Source of the DNA: an uncultured Clostridium sp.
GTDB lineage: Bacteria; Bacillota; Clostridia; Christensenellales; CAG-138
DNA length: 64,000 nt
Assembly: GCA_964612925.1 (NCBI GenBank)
Contig: CAZTFU010000003.1
Span: forward strand, 23,425 to 87,424
Direction of reading: 5' to 3'
Shown here: positions 1 through 10,143 of the stretch, one piece after another
Layout of the letters: every line of letters begins with the position of its first letter
Numbering within the stretch: the first letter of the stretch is position 1
The notes under the pieces: model-generated
What the model saw: the letters and a program-made list of their open reading frames with translations, nothing else
The model's database searches: none
Told to the model about the DNA's origin: nothing
Made by a program: the position numbers and the translations under genes

Positions 1-976
1 TAAGGCCGTGCGCGGATACGTATTCGCCAAGCGTATTTGTAAGCTTTTCGCTCTTAAAGGCCACGCTCAGCTTATCCTCAAATGCCTTGTCATACTGCGT
101 CATGGAAACATATGTAAGCGGGAAACAACCATACCTGCGCTCAAACCCATCAAAATCCTCAAAAAGATACGCCCGCGTCAGCTCCCTTGCCCTGTCTGGG
201 CGGAAATTGAAGAATATTACGCTGTCGTTCGCTTCCACCTTTGCAACGGAAGCGCCGTTTTCGGTGATAACAATGGGCTCTATAAATTCATCCGTTACGC
301 CCGCATCATAAGAAGCCTGTACCGCCGAGGCGGGATCTTCTGCAATTACGCCCTCACCGTAGGTAAGCGCGGCATACGCCTTTTCAAGGCGGTCAAAGCG
401 GTTATCCCTGTCCATGGCATAGTAGCGACCAGAAACGGTAGCTATTCTACCGCACTCAAGCTCCTCAAGCTTTGCTTGAAGCTGTTCGATGTATTCCTTT
501 CCGCTTTCGGGAGGCACATCACGCCCATCCATAAAGCAATGCACGAACACCTTATCAAGTCCCTTTTGCTTTGCAAGCTTTATAAGCGCATAAAGGTGAG
601 TCAAATGGCTGTGTACGCCGCCATTTGAGCAAAGCCCGAACAGGTGAAGCTTGGTTCCCTTTGTAAGGCATGCATCTATTGCATGATTGAATGCCTCATT
701 TTCAAAAAAGTCACCGTCCTCAATGGACTTTGTTATCCTTGTAAGTTCCTGATAAACTATCCTGCCCGCGCCAAGGTTCAAATGCCCAACCTCGCTGTTG
801 CCCATTTGCCCGCTCGGCAGTCCCACATCAAGAGAGCTTGCGGCTATTTCGGTGTGCGGATATGCCCGCCACAGCTTTGATATGTTCTTCACCCCGTCCG
901 CCTTTACGGCGTTATAGCTTGTCTCCTCTCTCAGGCCGAAGCCGTCAAGTATTATAAGGGCAGTCATCTTCTTCAT
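1..976 (-). CDS. gpmI: 2,3-bisphosphoglycerate-independent phosphoglycerate mutase, N-terminal ~325 aa (gene runs off the window start)
   Basis: Own translation of the minus strand from ATG at 976: MKKMTALIILDGFGLREETSYNAV...GLPSGQMGNSEVGHLNLGAGR...SNGGVHSH. It is absent from the ORF track because it is open at the window edge. It lies directly downstream of pgk-tpiA, as in the conserved glycolytic operon. Confidence 0.85.
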   Translation of the reverse strand, partial: MKKMTALIILDGFGLREETSYNAVKADGVKNISKLWRAYPHTEIAASSLDVGLPSGQMGNSEVGHLNLGAGRIVYQELTRITKSIEDGDFFENEAFNHAIDACLTKGTKLHLFGLCSNGGVHSHLTHLYALIKLAKQKGLDKVFVHCFMDGRDVPPESGKEYIEQLQAKLEELECGRIATVSGRYYAMDRDNRFDRLEKAYAALTYGEGVIAEDPASAVQASYDAGVTDEFIEPIVITENGASVAKVEANDSVIFFNFRPDRARELTRAYLFEDFDGFERRYGCFPLTYVSMTQYDKAFEDKLSVAFKSEKLTNTLGEYVSAHGL

Positions 977-994
977 ATTCGTCAGTTCCTTTGC

Positions 995-1747
995 TTATTT
1001 ATCGTAATGTACAACCGCGGCAAAATCGGCCGCTTTAAGGCTTGCCCCGCCTATAAGGCCGCCGTCAATCTCCTCAGCCGCCATGAGTTCATGTGCGTTT
1101 GAACCCTTCATACTGCCGCCATACAGTATGCGCACGCTGTCCGCCGCGGCAGAGCCGAAAAGCTCCCTCACCTTATTTCGGATTACGCCTATGGTTTCGT
1201 TTGCCTGTGCGCTTGTTGCGTTTTGACCCGTACCTATTGCCCATATCGGCTCATACGCAAGCACCACGTTTGCCGCCTCCTCAGCCGTGAAGAGTGAAAG
1301 TGCCTTCTCTGTCTGAGTACACACAACATCCGCCGTAAGAGCGCGTTCGCGCTCATCAAGCGTTTCACCCACGCATATTATGGGCGTAATGCCGCCCGAC
1401 AGCGCGGCACGGGCACGTCTCTTCACGGTTTCATCCGTTTCACCGAAGTACTGCCTTCTCTCGCTGTGGCCGACTATAACGTACTCAACGCCGAGCTCCT
1501 TAAGCATATCAACGCTTACTTCGCCCGTGTATGCTCCGCTTTTCTCCCAGTGCACGTTCTGTGCGCCAAGATGAATTTCGCTGCCCGACAGCGCATCCCT
1601 TGCCAAAAGCAGGCAGCACGCGGGAGGGCACACCACCACCGTACAGGCTTCATTTTGTATAAGGGGTTTAAGCTCCTCAATAAGGCGCATGGTCTCATTG
1701 GGTGTCATGTTCATTTTCCAGTTGCCGGCTATTATGGGCGTTCTCAT
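995..1747 (-). CDS. tpiA: Triose-phosphate isomerase
   Basis: 250 aa with IAGNWKMN, VGHSERR and AYEPIWAIGTG motifs. Follows pgk. Confidence 0.95.
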   Translation of the reverse strand: MRTPIIAGNWKMNMTPNETMRLIEELKPLIQNEACTVVVCPPACCLLLARDALSGSEIHLGAQNVHWEKSGAYTGEVSVDMLKELGVEYVIVGHSERRQYFGETDETVKRRARAALSGGITPIICVGETLDERERALTADVVCTQTEKALSLFTAEEAANVVLAYEPIWAIGTGQNATSAQANETIGVIRNKVRELFGSAAADSVRILYGGSMKGSNAHELMAAEEIDGGLIGGASLKAADFAAVVHYDK

Positions 1748-1761
1748 GGTAACGGCTCCTT

Positions 1762-2949
1762 TTACTCCATGTCATTGAGTGCGGCAACGCCCGGCAGCAC
1801 CTTTCCTTCAAGGAATTCAAGGCTTGCGCCGCCGCCCGTTGAAATGTGGGTCATCCTGTCGGCATAACCGAGTTTTTTCACCGCGCTTGCGCTGTCACCG
1901 CCGCCTATTATCGTGGTACCCTCGCATTCGGCACAGGCCGCGGCAACGGCCTCGGTGCCCTTAGCAAATGCACTGAATTCAAACACACCCATGGGTCCGT
2001 TCCAAATAACGGTCTTGGCGAAGCGTATCTCATTTGCAAACAGTTCCCTTGTGCGTTCGCCTATGTCAAGTCCCTGCCAACCCTCGGGAATGCAGTCGCT
2101 CGGCACGGTCTTGTGCTCCGCTTCCGCATCAAATGCACGGGCAACCACCGTGTCAACGGGCAGAAGCAGCTTTACGCCGCTTTGTTTCGCATTGGCCATA
2201 ATTTCCCGCGCAAGCTCTATACTGCCCTCATCAAGCAGAGAATCGCCTATTTCATATCCCATGGCCTTGAAGAAGGTATACGCCATGCCGCCGCCTATAA
2301 GCAGCGTATCGCATTTTGAGATAAGGTTTGTTATCACGCCTATTTTGTCGCCTACCTTTGCCCCGCCGAGTATTGCCACAAACGGGCGCACAGGGTTCTC
2401 AAGTGCCTGTCCCATCACGCTCAGTTCCTTGCCGATAAGGAAGCCCGCCACCGCGGGCAGGTATGCGGCAACTCCCGCCGTTGAAGCGTGAGCACGGTGC
2501 ACGGTGCCGAAAGCATCGCTTACATAAATTTCCGCCAAGGATGCAAGCTCCTTTGCAAATTCAGGATCGTTCTTCTCTTCTTCTTTATGGAAGCGCAGGT
2601 TTTCAAGCAGCAGAATCTCCCCGTCCTTCAGTGAAAGAGCCATTTTTCTTGTTTCCTCACCTATGCAGTCGGGTGCAAAGGCTATGTTTACCTGAGGTAA
2701 AAGCTCTCTAAGCCTATTTGAAACGCTTATCAGTGAAAATTCCTTTTTGACCTCTCCCTTGGGTCTGCCGAGATGGGAGCACAGTATTATGCGCGCGCCC
2801 TGTTCAAGCAAATAGTTTATGGTGGGCAGGCTTGCGGTTATGCGCTTATCGTCGCTTACGTTACCGCATTCGTCAAGCGGAACGTTGTAATCCACACGCA
2901 CAAGCACCCGCTTATGCCGAACATCAATATCCTTTACCGTCTTTTTCAT
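1762..2949 (-). CDS. pgk: Phosphoglycerate kinase
   Basis: 395 aa with [16 protein letters not shown] and GGGDSA motifs typical of PGK. Confidence 0.95.
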   Translation of the reverse strand: MKKTVKDIDVRHKRVLVRVDYNVPLDECGNVSDDKRITASLPTINYLLEQGARIILCSHLGRPKGEVKKEFSLISVSNRLRELLPQVNIAFAPDCIGEETRKMALSLKDGEILLLENLRFHKEEEKNDPEFAKELASLAEIYVSDAFGTVHRAHASTAGVAAYLPAVAGFLIGKELSVMGQALENPVRPFVAILGGAKVGDKIGVITNLISKCDTLLIGGGMAYTFFKAMGYEIGDSLLDEGSIELAREIMANAKQSGVKLLLPVDTVVARAFDAEAEHKTVPSDCIPEGWQGLDIGERTRELFANEIRFAKTVIWNGPMGVFEFSAFAKGTEAVAAACAECEGTTIIGGGDSASAVKKLGYADRMTHISTGGGASLEFLEGKVLPGVAALNDME

Positions 2950-3020
2950 GGGTAAGCCTCCTCCTCAAAAGGGAATGTCATATTGTAATTTGTGGAGCGC
3001 AATGCCCCATATCCCCATAT

Positions 3021-3048
3021 ATTTTAGCATACTATTTCCGTAATGCAA
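3021..3048 (-). promoter_or_regulatory. Candidate sigma-A promoter of pgk operon (TTGCAT-16-TAAAAT)
   Basis: Hexamers read on the minus strand about 70 nt upstream of the pgk ATG. Confidence 0.4.
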
Positions 3049-3092
3049 ATAGAGAAAGGTAAGCGGTTCGGTGGGGTTCGGGGCAAAAGAAA

Positions 3093-3440
3093 GTGCGGCG
3101 GAGCCGCTGTGCAAGCATAGTTCAATTATGCCCTATAGTGGGAGAAAACCTTAGTATAAACTCATCTAAACTATCCTACCTTACCTCGTTTGCCCCGCGC
3201 ATAGCGGGAGAGGGTAGGTTGGGAGGGGTTCAGGGAGTTCGGAGCCGAACGCCTGCTGTGCAGGATGAAGTGAGGCGGAGAACACGCAGGAACAGGGAGA
3301 ATTGCGAATGGCAATGAGCAAGGCGACCATGTTCCAAGCGGAAAGGGAGGGAGACTTCCCTCCCTTCAGCCCGCCCTGCAAAAAGAGCAAAACAAGCTCA
3401 TTATACATAAGTTTATGCGCCACAAGGCGCAGGCAGAGAA
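3093..3440 (-). repeat. Dispersed intergenic repeat, family R1, inverted copy
   Basis: Its reverse complement aligns by eye with 13195-13480 and partly with 3598-3900. Shared strings include gcgccttgtggcgcat, gggagg..hairpin..ccctccc, gcgcggggcaaacgaggtaag and ctatagggcataat. Confidence 0.7.
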
Positions 3441-3548
3441 GTGAGGTCTGTACTGAATAGAGTTACCGTATGAATGTGCTATATGCTTGTGTTGTGCAAC
3501 GGCTAACGCCGCAGTTACTTATGTGCTAAGAGCTTCTGTTAGCTTTTC

Positions 3549-3597
3549 TTTGTTAGAGGATTAAGGGGAGGATATCCTCCCCTTCAACCCTCTAACA
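3549..3597. repeat. Long near-perfect palindrome (ttgttagagg..aaggggaggatatcctcccctt..ccctctaacaa)
   Basis: Inverted symmetry read directly. It sits between the two inverted R1 copies. Confidence 0.7.
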
Positions 3598-3900
3598 ACT
3601 CCCACATCCCCTCCTTATCCCGCTGTGCGCGGGGCAAACGAGGTAAGCTTGATTTAGCTAAACTGAGTTTGTGCGGCAGTTTCTTCCCGCTGTAGGGCAT
3701 AATTGAGCTGCGCCTGCACAGTAGCTCCGCTACAGGCGCTTTTGCGGGAAGGCAAACTGACTGAACGAGCCTCCGTCTTGGCTCTCCCTTTGGGAGAGCT
3801 GGCACGGCGCAAGCCGTGACTGAGAGGGCGGGAAGTTGCGTCCGCACAGTAGCTCCGCTACAGTTTCTTTTGCAGAAAGGCAAACTGCCTTGGCGTGATT
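3598..3900 (+). repeat. Dispersed intergenic repeat, family R1 (forward copy) followed by an R2 module
   Basis: Shares cgcggggcaaacgaggtaag...gagtttgtgcggcagttt...ctgtagggcataat with 13330-13440. An R2 double hairpin lies at ~3783-3835. Confidence 0.7.
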
Positions 3901-3985
3901 CTATTTTGTTATCATAACACAAGAGTTTTGATTTAATTCCGAATTTCCGGCGGCTCAGCGGCTCCCGCCGCAGGACATAACCCCG

Positions 3986-4876
3986 CTACGGCTTCATTGT
4001 CTCTCGCAGTACGGCTTCAATTATCCTGTCGGCAATGTTAATGCCCGTTGCGGCCTCAATCCCCGCAAAATGCGCGTTTGAATTCACCTCGCAGACAAGC
4101 GTTTCGCCGTCCTTGCCAAACAGCAAGTCAACGCCCGCAAACGTACAGCCGAGTATTTCCGCCGCGCTGACGGCAAGCGATTCCTGCTCGGCACTGAGCT
4201 TATATGCCTCCGCCGTGCCGCCCTGCGCGATATTTGCACGAAAATCGCCCGATGTGTTGCGCCTGAGCATTGCCGCGGCCACCCGTCCGCCCACAACGTA
4301 TGCGCGTATGTCGCGTGCAAAGCTTGATGCAATATACTCCTGCGCTATTGCCGCATTTCCTTGGGTTTTCATAAGGGCCGCTTTCGCTTCCTCCATATCG
4401 TGCGCAAGGTACACCCCCGTCCCGAAGGAGCCGAAGCACTGCTTTACCACAAGCGGAAAGCCGAGATATTCAGCCGCCTTTTCAAGGAATGCCGTATCCG
4501 TATACCCAACGCGCGGGAACGTGAGCGGGATAAGCACGGTTTTGGGCTGCGGCACCTTTCCCATAAGGGCAATGTGTGTAAGCGACTTATCATCGCACAA
4601 TTCTATTGCGCGTGAGGAGTTAAAAAGCTTCATTCCCGCCGCCTCAAGCGTTTTTGCAAGGCGAACATCCTTATCCCAGAATATCGCATATTCGGGCAGT
4701 TTTCCTTGCGCAACCGTGCGTCCGAGCGTAATATCCGCCATAAGGTCTATGTTCGTTTTAAGCTCTAACTCAAGCCCCGCTCTCATTGCGCTTTGGCTCA
4801 GTGCCGAATAAAGGGAGAGGAATTTCCCCTCCCTTACGAATCCGTTTATGATAAGGTACCCTTTTTTATACTTCAT
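3986..4876 (-). CDS. RimK-family ATP-grasp ligase (alpha-L-glutamate ligase-like)
   Basis: 296 aa with an ATP-grasp pattern: PLVVKQCFGSFGTGV, DIRAYVVGG, SGDFRANIAQGG, AGVDLLF. Confidence 0.7.
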   Translation of the reverse strand: MKYKKGYLIINGFVREGKFLSLYSALSQSAMRAGLELELKTNIDLMADITLGRTVAQGKLPEYAIFWDKDVRLAKTLEAAGMKLFNSSRAIELCDDKSLTHIALMGKVPQPKTVLIPLTFPRVGYTDTAFLEKAAEYLGFPLVVKQCFGSFGTGVYLAHDMEEAKAALMKTQGNAAIAQEYIASSFARDIRAYVVGGRVAAAMLRRNTSGDFRANIAQGGTAEAYKLSAEQESLAVSAAEILGCTFAGVDLLFGKDGETLVCEVNSNAHFAGIEAATGINIADRIIEAVLRETMKP

Positions 4877-4884
4877 TGTTCCCG

Positions 4885-6858
4885 CTATCTCCGGTTTATT
4901 TTTGATGGGTCGGGTTTAATCACGCCCTCCCTGAATGCCTTCAACAGCTTCATAAGGTCGTCTATACGCGCCTTTATCTCCTCACCCGTGTCTATATCCG
5001 CAACCATTACGCGGTGGGAAAGCTCGTCAACGTTAAACGTGTGGCTTGTTATGTCACGCCCGTTGTTCACGGCATCCTCTATCGAGGTGAACGGTTCGTG
5101 CGCCGCAAGCCGCATCCCAAGCGAATTGAAGAACATGGTGTACCCTGCAATGCCCGTTTGGCTTTGATACGCACGGCAGAAGCCGCCGTCTATAACAACA
5201 AGTCTGCCGTGCCCTTTAAGCGGACTTTCGCCCTCCTTGGCCTTCACGGGAACGTGGCCGTTCACTATGCGGCTCCACGGTTTGTCACAGCCGAACGCTT
5301 CAAGCACTCTTCTGCAGAACTCCTCCTCATCCGTATAGCTGTAATAGGGATTCTTGGGTTCCTTCCATGTGGCCTTATCTTCAATAAGTGCGCGTTCAAA
5401 TGTTGCGATATGGTCACGGCCGAAAACGGGTGAATTCCTGCCGCACCACAGGAACCATAAGTAGTCCCTGCCGCGCTCGCGCTCCTCACTGCCCTCGGGT
5501 GCAAGCAGACCCTGCCGCGCAAGGCGATCGGCGTAATCAAAATACTCCTTGCCCGAAAGCATAACCGCCTTGCCCACTTCAAACTCCATAAAGCTCGAGT
5601 CCCTATTGCAGGGAACACAGCCGTGGAACAGCAAATTTCCGTTCCGTTTAAGATAAAGTGAGCCCGCACTGCACAAAAACCGCGCATGGGCTTGAAGCTT
5701 TTCACTGTGCATGAACGCCGTGCAAAGCTGATCCATAAGTGCGGCCTCCTCCTCGCTCAGTCGGGTCGGGTCAAGAGGGTCTATTGTGGGAAAATCCGTA
5801 TCGCGAAGCGGATAATCCGTGCCGTCTATGTTAATAGTGCCACGCTGCCAATCCACACGGCTGAGCATATCCCTGTCCTCCATGCCGTATTCCTTGCGGC
5901 GGTGAACAAGCTGCCCCTCAAGCTTGTACATAATAACGCTTATGGCCTTGTGCATACGGGAATAAAGCTGTGTATCCCGCATCTTGAACGGCTCCTCAGG
6001 CAGCTTTCTCGGCGCAAAAACGTGCGCATCGCCATATCTTTCGGTGGAGAACATGGCAAGCGGCAAAAGGTTTATGCCGTATGAGTTTTCCAGCATATCA
6101 AGATTGTCATACTGCACGCAGTTCTTCACCGCCGTTGCAACGCACACGGGACTGCCCGCCGCCGCACCCATCCAAAGCACGTCATGGTTGCCCCACTGCA
6201 CGTCAACATGATGGTGCGTCATAAGGTGATCGAGTATAACGTCCGCATGGGGTCCTCTGTCGAATATGTCGCCCACGATATGCAGTTCATCCACCGTCAT
6301 GCGCTTTATAAGGGTCGCCATTTCCTCTATCATGGTATCCGCACTGCCCGTATCGACTATGGCACGGATAATGTTGTCATAATAGCGCTCCTTGTTGGGC
6401 GTGCCGCCGGTGTTGAGCATTTCTTCCATTATATAGGCGTATTCACGCGGCAGTGCCTTTCTCACCTTTGAGCGGGAATATTTTGTGGTGCATTGGCGGC
6501 ACACGGCTATCATGCGCTTCAGCGTTACCCTGTACCAGTCGTCCATGTCGGTCTCGGTGCGCTTGGTCTGCCTAAGCTTTTCCTTGGGATAATAGATAAG
6601 TGCCGCAAGGTTACGCCGTTCGCTCAGCGTCAAACTGTCCCCGAGTGCGCTCTGTATCTTATCCGCAACGGCGCCCGAGCCGTTATTGAGAATGTGTAAA
6701 AACGCCTCATGTTCGCCGTGAATATCGCTCATAAAGTGCTCCGTGCCCTTTGGCAGGTTCAGTATGGCCGTAAGGTTGATTATTTCCGCGCTTGCGGCCT
6801 GCACCGTAGGATATTCGCGCGCCATCTGCTGTAGAAGTCTTAATTCGCGTTCAGTCAT
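4885..6858 (-). CDS. fbp: Fructose-1,6-bisphosphatase, class 3 (Firmicute type)
   Basis: 657 aa with a metallophosphoesterase core (SDIHGE, GDIFDRGP, GNHD). Length and N-terminus (LRLLQQMAREYPT) are typical of the class-3 enzyme. Confidence 0.9.
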   Translation of the reverse strand: MTERELRLLQQMAREYPTVQAASAEIINLTAILNLPKGTEHFMSDIHGEHEAFLHILNNGSGAVADKIQSALGDSLTLSERRNLAALIYYPKEKLRQTKRTETDMDDWYRVTLKRMIAVCRQCTTKYSRSKVRKALPREYAYIMEEMLNTGGTPNKERYYDNIIRAIVDTGSADTMIEEMATLIKRMTVDELHIVGDIFDRGPHADVILDHLMTHHHVDVQWGNHDVLWMGAAAGSPVCVATAVKNCVQYDNLDMLENSYGINLLPLAMFSTERYGDAHVFAPRKLPEEPFKMRDTQLYSRMHKAISVIMYKLEGQLVHRRKEYGMEDRDMLSRVDWQRGTINIDGTDYPLRDTDFPTIDPLDPTRLSEEEAALMDQLCTAFMHSEKLQAHARFLCSAGSLYLKRNGNLLFHGCVPCNRDSSFMEFEVGKAVMLSGKEYFDYADRLARQGLLAPEGSEERERGRDYLWFLWCGRNSPVFGRDHIATFERALIEDKATWKEPKNPYYSYTDEEEFCRRVLEAFGCDKPWSRIVNGHVPVKAKEGESPLKGHGRLVVIDGGFCRAYQSQTGIAGYTMFFNSLGMRLAAHEPFTSIEDAVNNGRDITSHTFNVDELSHRVMVADIDTGEEIKARIDDLMKLLKAFREGVIKPDPSKINRR

Positions 6859-6933
6859 AGTACCCCTCCCATAATAAAAGAATCGTGCCGCCTGCGCTCA
6901 TTCCGCTCGGCATAATGCGGCACGGTATTCATA

Positions 6934-7479
6934 TTACATATTGTCCGTATTCTTTACGCCCACATACGGCAGATTGCGCAACCTGCCCTCATAATCAAGC
7001 CCGTAGCCCACAACGAACTCGTTCGGTATAACAAATCCCACATAATCGGGTGAAATGTCGCATTCGCGCCTTTCGGGCTTATCGAGCAGGCAAGCTATTT
7101 TGAGGCTTGCGGGCTTACGGGTCTTTAATATGTTCGTAAGGTGGTTCAGCGTAAGGCCGCTGTCCATTATATCCTCAACTATAAGCACATGGCGGTCGGT
7201 TATGGATGTGTCTATATCCTTGGATATTCTGACTATGCCCGATGTGCGCATGGCATTGCCATAGCTTGATATGGACATAAAGTCCATTTCAACATTGCAG
7301 GTAAGCTGACGTGAAAGGTCGGAAAAGAACTGAACCGCGCCCTTGAGTATGCACAGCAGCACAACGTTTTCGCCTGCATAATCGCGGGATATCTGTTCTC
7401 CCATTTCCTTTACCCGTTCGCGTATCTGTTCCTCGCTTATCAATACGCGGCTTACCTCTTTTTCCATTTCGTTTATCAT
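6934..7479 (-). CDS. hpt: Hypoxanthine phosphoribosyltransferase
   Basis: 181 aa with PRPP loop LIVEDIMDSGLTL. Sits in the conserved tilS-hpt pair. Confidence 0.9.
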   Translation of the reverse strand: MINEMEKEVSRVLISEEQIRERVKEMGEQISRDYAGENVVLLCILKGAVQFFSDLSRQLTCNVEMDFMSISSYGNAMRTSGIVRISKDIDTSITDRHVLIVEDIMDSGLTLNHLTNILKTRKPASLKIACLLDKPERRECDISPDYVGFVIPNEFVVGYGLDYEGRLRNLPYVGVKNTDNM

Positions 7480-7510
7480 GCTTAACCACCCTTTCCTCGG
7501 CCTTAGGCCA

Positions 7511-8848
7511 TTATTGTATAAATTCTATCTTAACAGCTCTCACGCTGTCTTGCGTCAGCTTTAATTCTTCCGCCGCGCCTATTCCGGGTACAAACAGTGC
7601 CCTGTGCCCGTGCGCTATTACGGCAAGAGCTCTCCTATCGCGCGGAAGCTTTGCATCTATATACGCTTCCTTCAGCTTTTTGCCGCCGGGAGCGTTTATT
7701 TTGCGGAACCTGTCGCCCGCACGTCTTTGCCGCACAACGGCACCTTGGGGCAGCTTATCCGCATCGATGCAGGCGGTGTATTTATCCTTTGGCCTGTCCG
7801 AAACGGCGCACGGCGATATTCGGTATGTTCCCGCGGCGGTCTCGGTCACGCCCATGTACTCAAGCGGCACTTCCCAATCCTCCACGCTTTCCTTATAATG
7901 ACCAAAGCATATAAGCTCATAGCTCGTCCACACATCGGCACCCGGTATTTCTATGCGTGCGCCCGTTCTTGCGTCAAGTAGGCGCATTATCGCCTCCGTA
8001 TGGCCGCGTTCGGCATCCGTCAGCGCACCGATTTCGCTCAGCGCAATGCGTATGCATCGGCTTAATACGGGTCTTGGAAGGAGCGAAAGCAGAGTTCTGT
8101 CAAAGCCGCCGTCTCTTCTTGCATTTTCAAGCTCACGCTTGGCTATTGCGCTGAGATATTCTTCATCTTCACTTAGCAACTCTCCCATTGCGCAAAGACT
8201 GTTTACAAGGCGCGGATTGAATTCGCCGCTCAGGTACGGTATCGCCTCAAGGCGCAGTTTATTGCGCGTGCCCTCGGGTATAAGGTTTGTCGCATCCGTA
8301 CAAAACGGCAGGTTTTCTTTTGCAAGATAAGCCTCAATTTCCGCCTTTGTAACGCACAAAAGCGGCCTTATTATATCCTCCCGCTTGGGTGCCATACCGC
8401 ACAGACCCCTAAGGCCGCTCCCGCGAAGCAGGTGCAGCAGTATGCTTTCCGCCTGATCATCCATGTGGTGCGCAACAGCAATTTTATCCGCACCGAAGAA
8501 CTCCTTTGCTTGCTTCAAAAACTCATACCTGAGCATGCGCCCCGCCTGTTCAAGCGTTTCGCCCCGCTGCCGCGCAAGGGATGGAATGTCGGCATAGCCG
8601 CCGTACACTCTTATCCCGTAAAAGTCGCAAAGGTCGTGCACGAACTCGGCATCCTCCTTGGCCGCATCGCCGCGTATGCCGTGGTTAAGGTGTGCGGCAC
8701 ACAGCGTAAAGCCAAGGTGCGAGGAAAGGGATTTGAGTATGTGCAGCAGTGCAACGCTGTCCCCTCCTCCGCTAAGGGCAACAAGCACCTTGTCCTCAGG
8801 TGCAATAAGGTTGTGACGAATCACAAAGCTTTCAACTTTATCCCGCAT
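7511..8848 (-). CDS. tilS: tRNA(Ile)-lysidine synthase
   Basis: 445 aa with the PP-loop SGGGDS near the N-terminus. Lies upstream of hpt. Confidence 0.9.
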   Translation of the reverse strand: MRDKVESFVIRHNLIAPEDKVLVALSGGGDSVALLHILKSLSSHLGFTLCAAHLNHGIRGDAAKEDAEFVHDLCDFYGIRVYGGYADIPSLARQRGETLEQAGRMLRYEFLKQAKEFFGADKIAVAHHMDDQAESILLHLLRGSGLRGLCGMAPKREDIIRPLLCVTKAEIEAYLAKENLPFCTDATNLIPEGTRNKLRLEAIPYLSGEFNPRLVNSLCAMGELLSEDEEYLSAIAKRELENARRDGGFDRTLLSLLPRPVLSRCIRIALSEIGALTDAERGHTEAIMRLLDARTGARIEIPGADVWTSYELICFGHYKESVEDWEVPLEYMGVTETAAGTYRISPCAVSDRPKDKYTACIDADKLPQGAVVRQRRAGDRFRKINAPGGKKLKEAYIDAKLPRDRRALAVIAHGHRALFVPGIGAAEELKLTQDSVRAVKIEFIQ

Positions 8849-8967
8849 GACCGCTCCTCCTTAACGACAAATTATAGTATCATAAGTATACCTTTTATTA
8901 TGGCATTTGACAAGGGCGGGTGTATGAATCTATAATAATGTAAAATACCTTTTAAGGGAGAATCGGT

Positions 8968-10056
8968 ATGAAGCTTGGTGTGGTGGGTCTGCCAAACGTT
9001 GGCAAAAGCACCCTTTTTAATGCGATAACAAAGGCCGGCGCGCAGGCGGCCAACTATCCTTTTTGCACTATTGAGCCTAACGTCGGCGCGGTAGCCGTGC
9101 CCGATGAGCGGCTTGACGTGCTTGCCGAGATGTACAACCCCGAAAAGTATACGCCCACAAGCATTGAATTTGTGGACATAGCGGGTCTTGTTCGCGGGGC
9201 GTACCGCGGCGAGGGTCTTGGCAACAAGTTCCTTTCCCATATCAGGGAGGTGGACGCAATAGTTCACGTTGTGCGCTGCTTTGAGGATGAGAATATTGTG
9301 CATGTTGACGGCTCCGTTGACCCCGCAAGGGATGTTGAAACCATAGGTATAGAGCTTATTTTTGCCGATATGGAAACGGTTGATAAGCGCATTGAGCGCA
9401 CCCGCAAGGCCGCCAAGGGCGATAAGCAGCTTATGGGCGAGGTGGAGCTACTTGAGCGGGCAAAGGCTCACCTTGAATCGGGCAAGCCCATTCGCACAAT
9501 GCAAGTCGATGAAAAGGAACGCGAAACGCTCAACGGCATGTTCCTTTTGACCACAAAGCCCGTTATCTACGCGGCAAACATTTCGGAAAATGACATACTC
9601 GAGAGCGCTAACCCGCTTGTTGACGCGCTCAAGGCCGCCGTTGCGGGCGAAAATGCGGAGGTCATAACCATATGCGCTCAGGTTGAGGAGGAAATTGCGG
9701 AGCTTCCCCCGGACGAAAAGCAAGCCTTTATAGAGGAACTCGGCATAGGCGAAAGCGGCCTTGACAAGCTGGTCAAGGCATGCTATAGGCTCCTTGGACT
9801 TATAAGCTACCTCACCGCGGGTCCGAAGGAGGTCCGCGCATGGACCATAGAGCGGGGCACAAAGGCACCGCAGGCGGCGGGCAAGATACACACGGACTTT
9901 GAACGCGGCTTTATCCGTGCGGAGGTTGTGCCGTTTGAAACGCTGAAGGAGCTTGGCAGTATGAATGCCTGCAAGGAAAAGGGACTTATCCGCAGCGAAG
10001 GCAAGGATTACGTCATGCAGGATGGGGACGTTGTGGTGTTCCGCTTCAACGTATAA
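8968..10056 (+). CDS. ychF: Redox-regulated ribosome-binding ATPase YchF
   Basis: 362 aa; [14 protein letters not shown]-loop, FCTIEPN, C-terminal [15 protein letters not shown]. Confidence 0.95.
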   Translation: MKLGVVGLPNVGKSTLFNAITKAGAQAANYPFCTIEPNVGAVAVPDERLDVLAEMYNPEKYTPTSIEFVDIAGLVRGAYRGEGLGNKFLSHIREVDAIVHVVRCFEDENIVHVDGSVDPARDVETIGIELIFADMETVDKRIERTRKAAKGDKQLMGEVELLERAKAHLESGKPIRTMQVDEKERETLNGMFLLTTKPVIYAANISENDILESANPLVDALKAAVAGENAEVITICAQVEEEIAELPPDEKQAFIEELGIGESGLDKLVKACYRLLGLISYLTAGPKEVRAWTIERGTKAPQAAGKIHTDFERGFIRAEVVPFETLKELGSMNACKEKGLIRSEGKDYVMQDGDVVVFRFNV

Positions 10057-10077
10057 GCTTATTCTGTGAAAAACAAG

Positions 10078-10109
10078 GCGCAGAGGGCAAAAACCTTCTG
10101 CGCTGTTTT
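10078..10109 (+). terminator. Rho-independent terminator of ychF
   Basis: Hairpin gcgcagagg..ccttctgcgc followed by tgtttt. Confidence 0.6.
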
Positions 10110-10143
10110 CATGGTATTATGTGGGGTGTGGAGAGGATTCACC

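Noticed and set aside
8-880. Plus-strand ORFs 8-628, 87-311 and 644-880
   Set aside because: They lie antisense to a clear gpmI reading frame on the minus strand. They have no RBS and their composition is typical of shadow ORFs.
3181-3922. ORFs inside repeat blocks (3181-3423, 3584-3922, 13157-13360, 16223-16510, 19999-20205)
   Set aside because: They fall entirely within dispersed repeats and hairpins and have no RBS. Their sequences are low-complexity, rich in Arg, Gly and Pro. They are most likely artefacts of repeat DNA.
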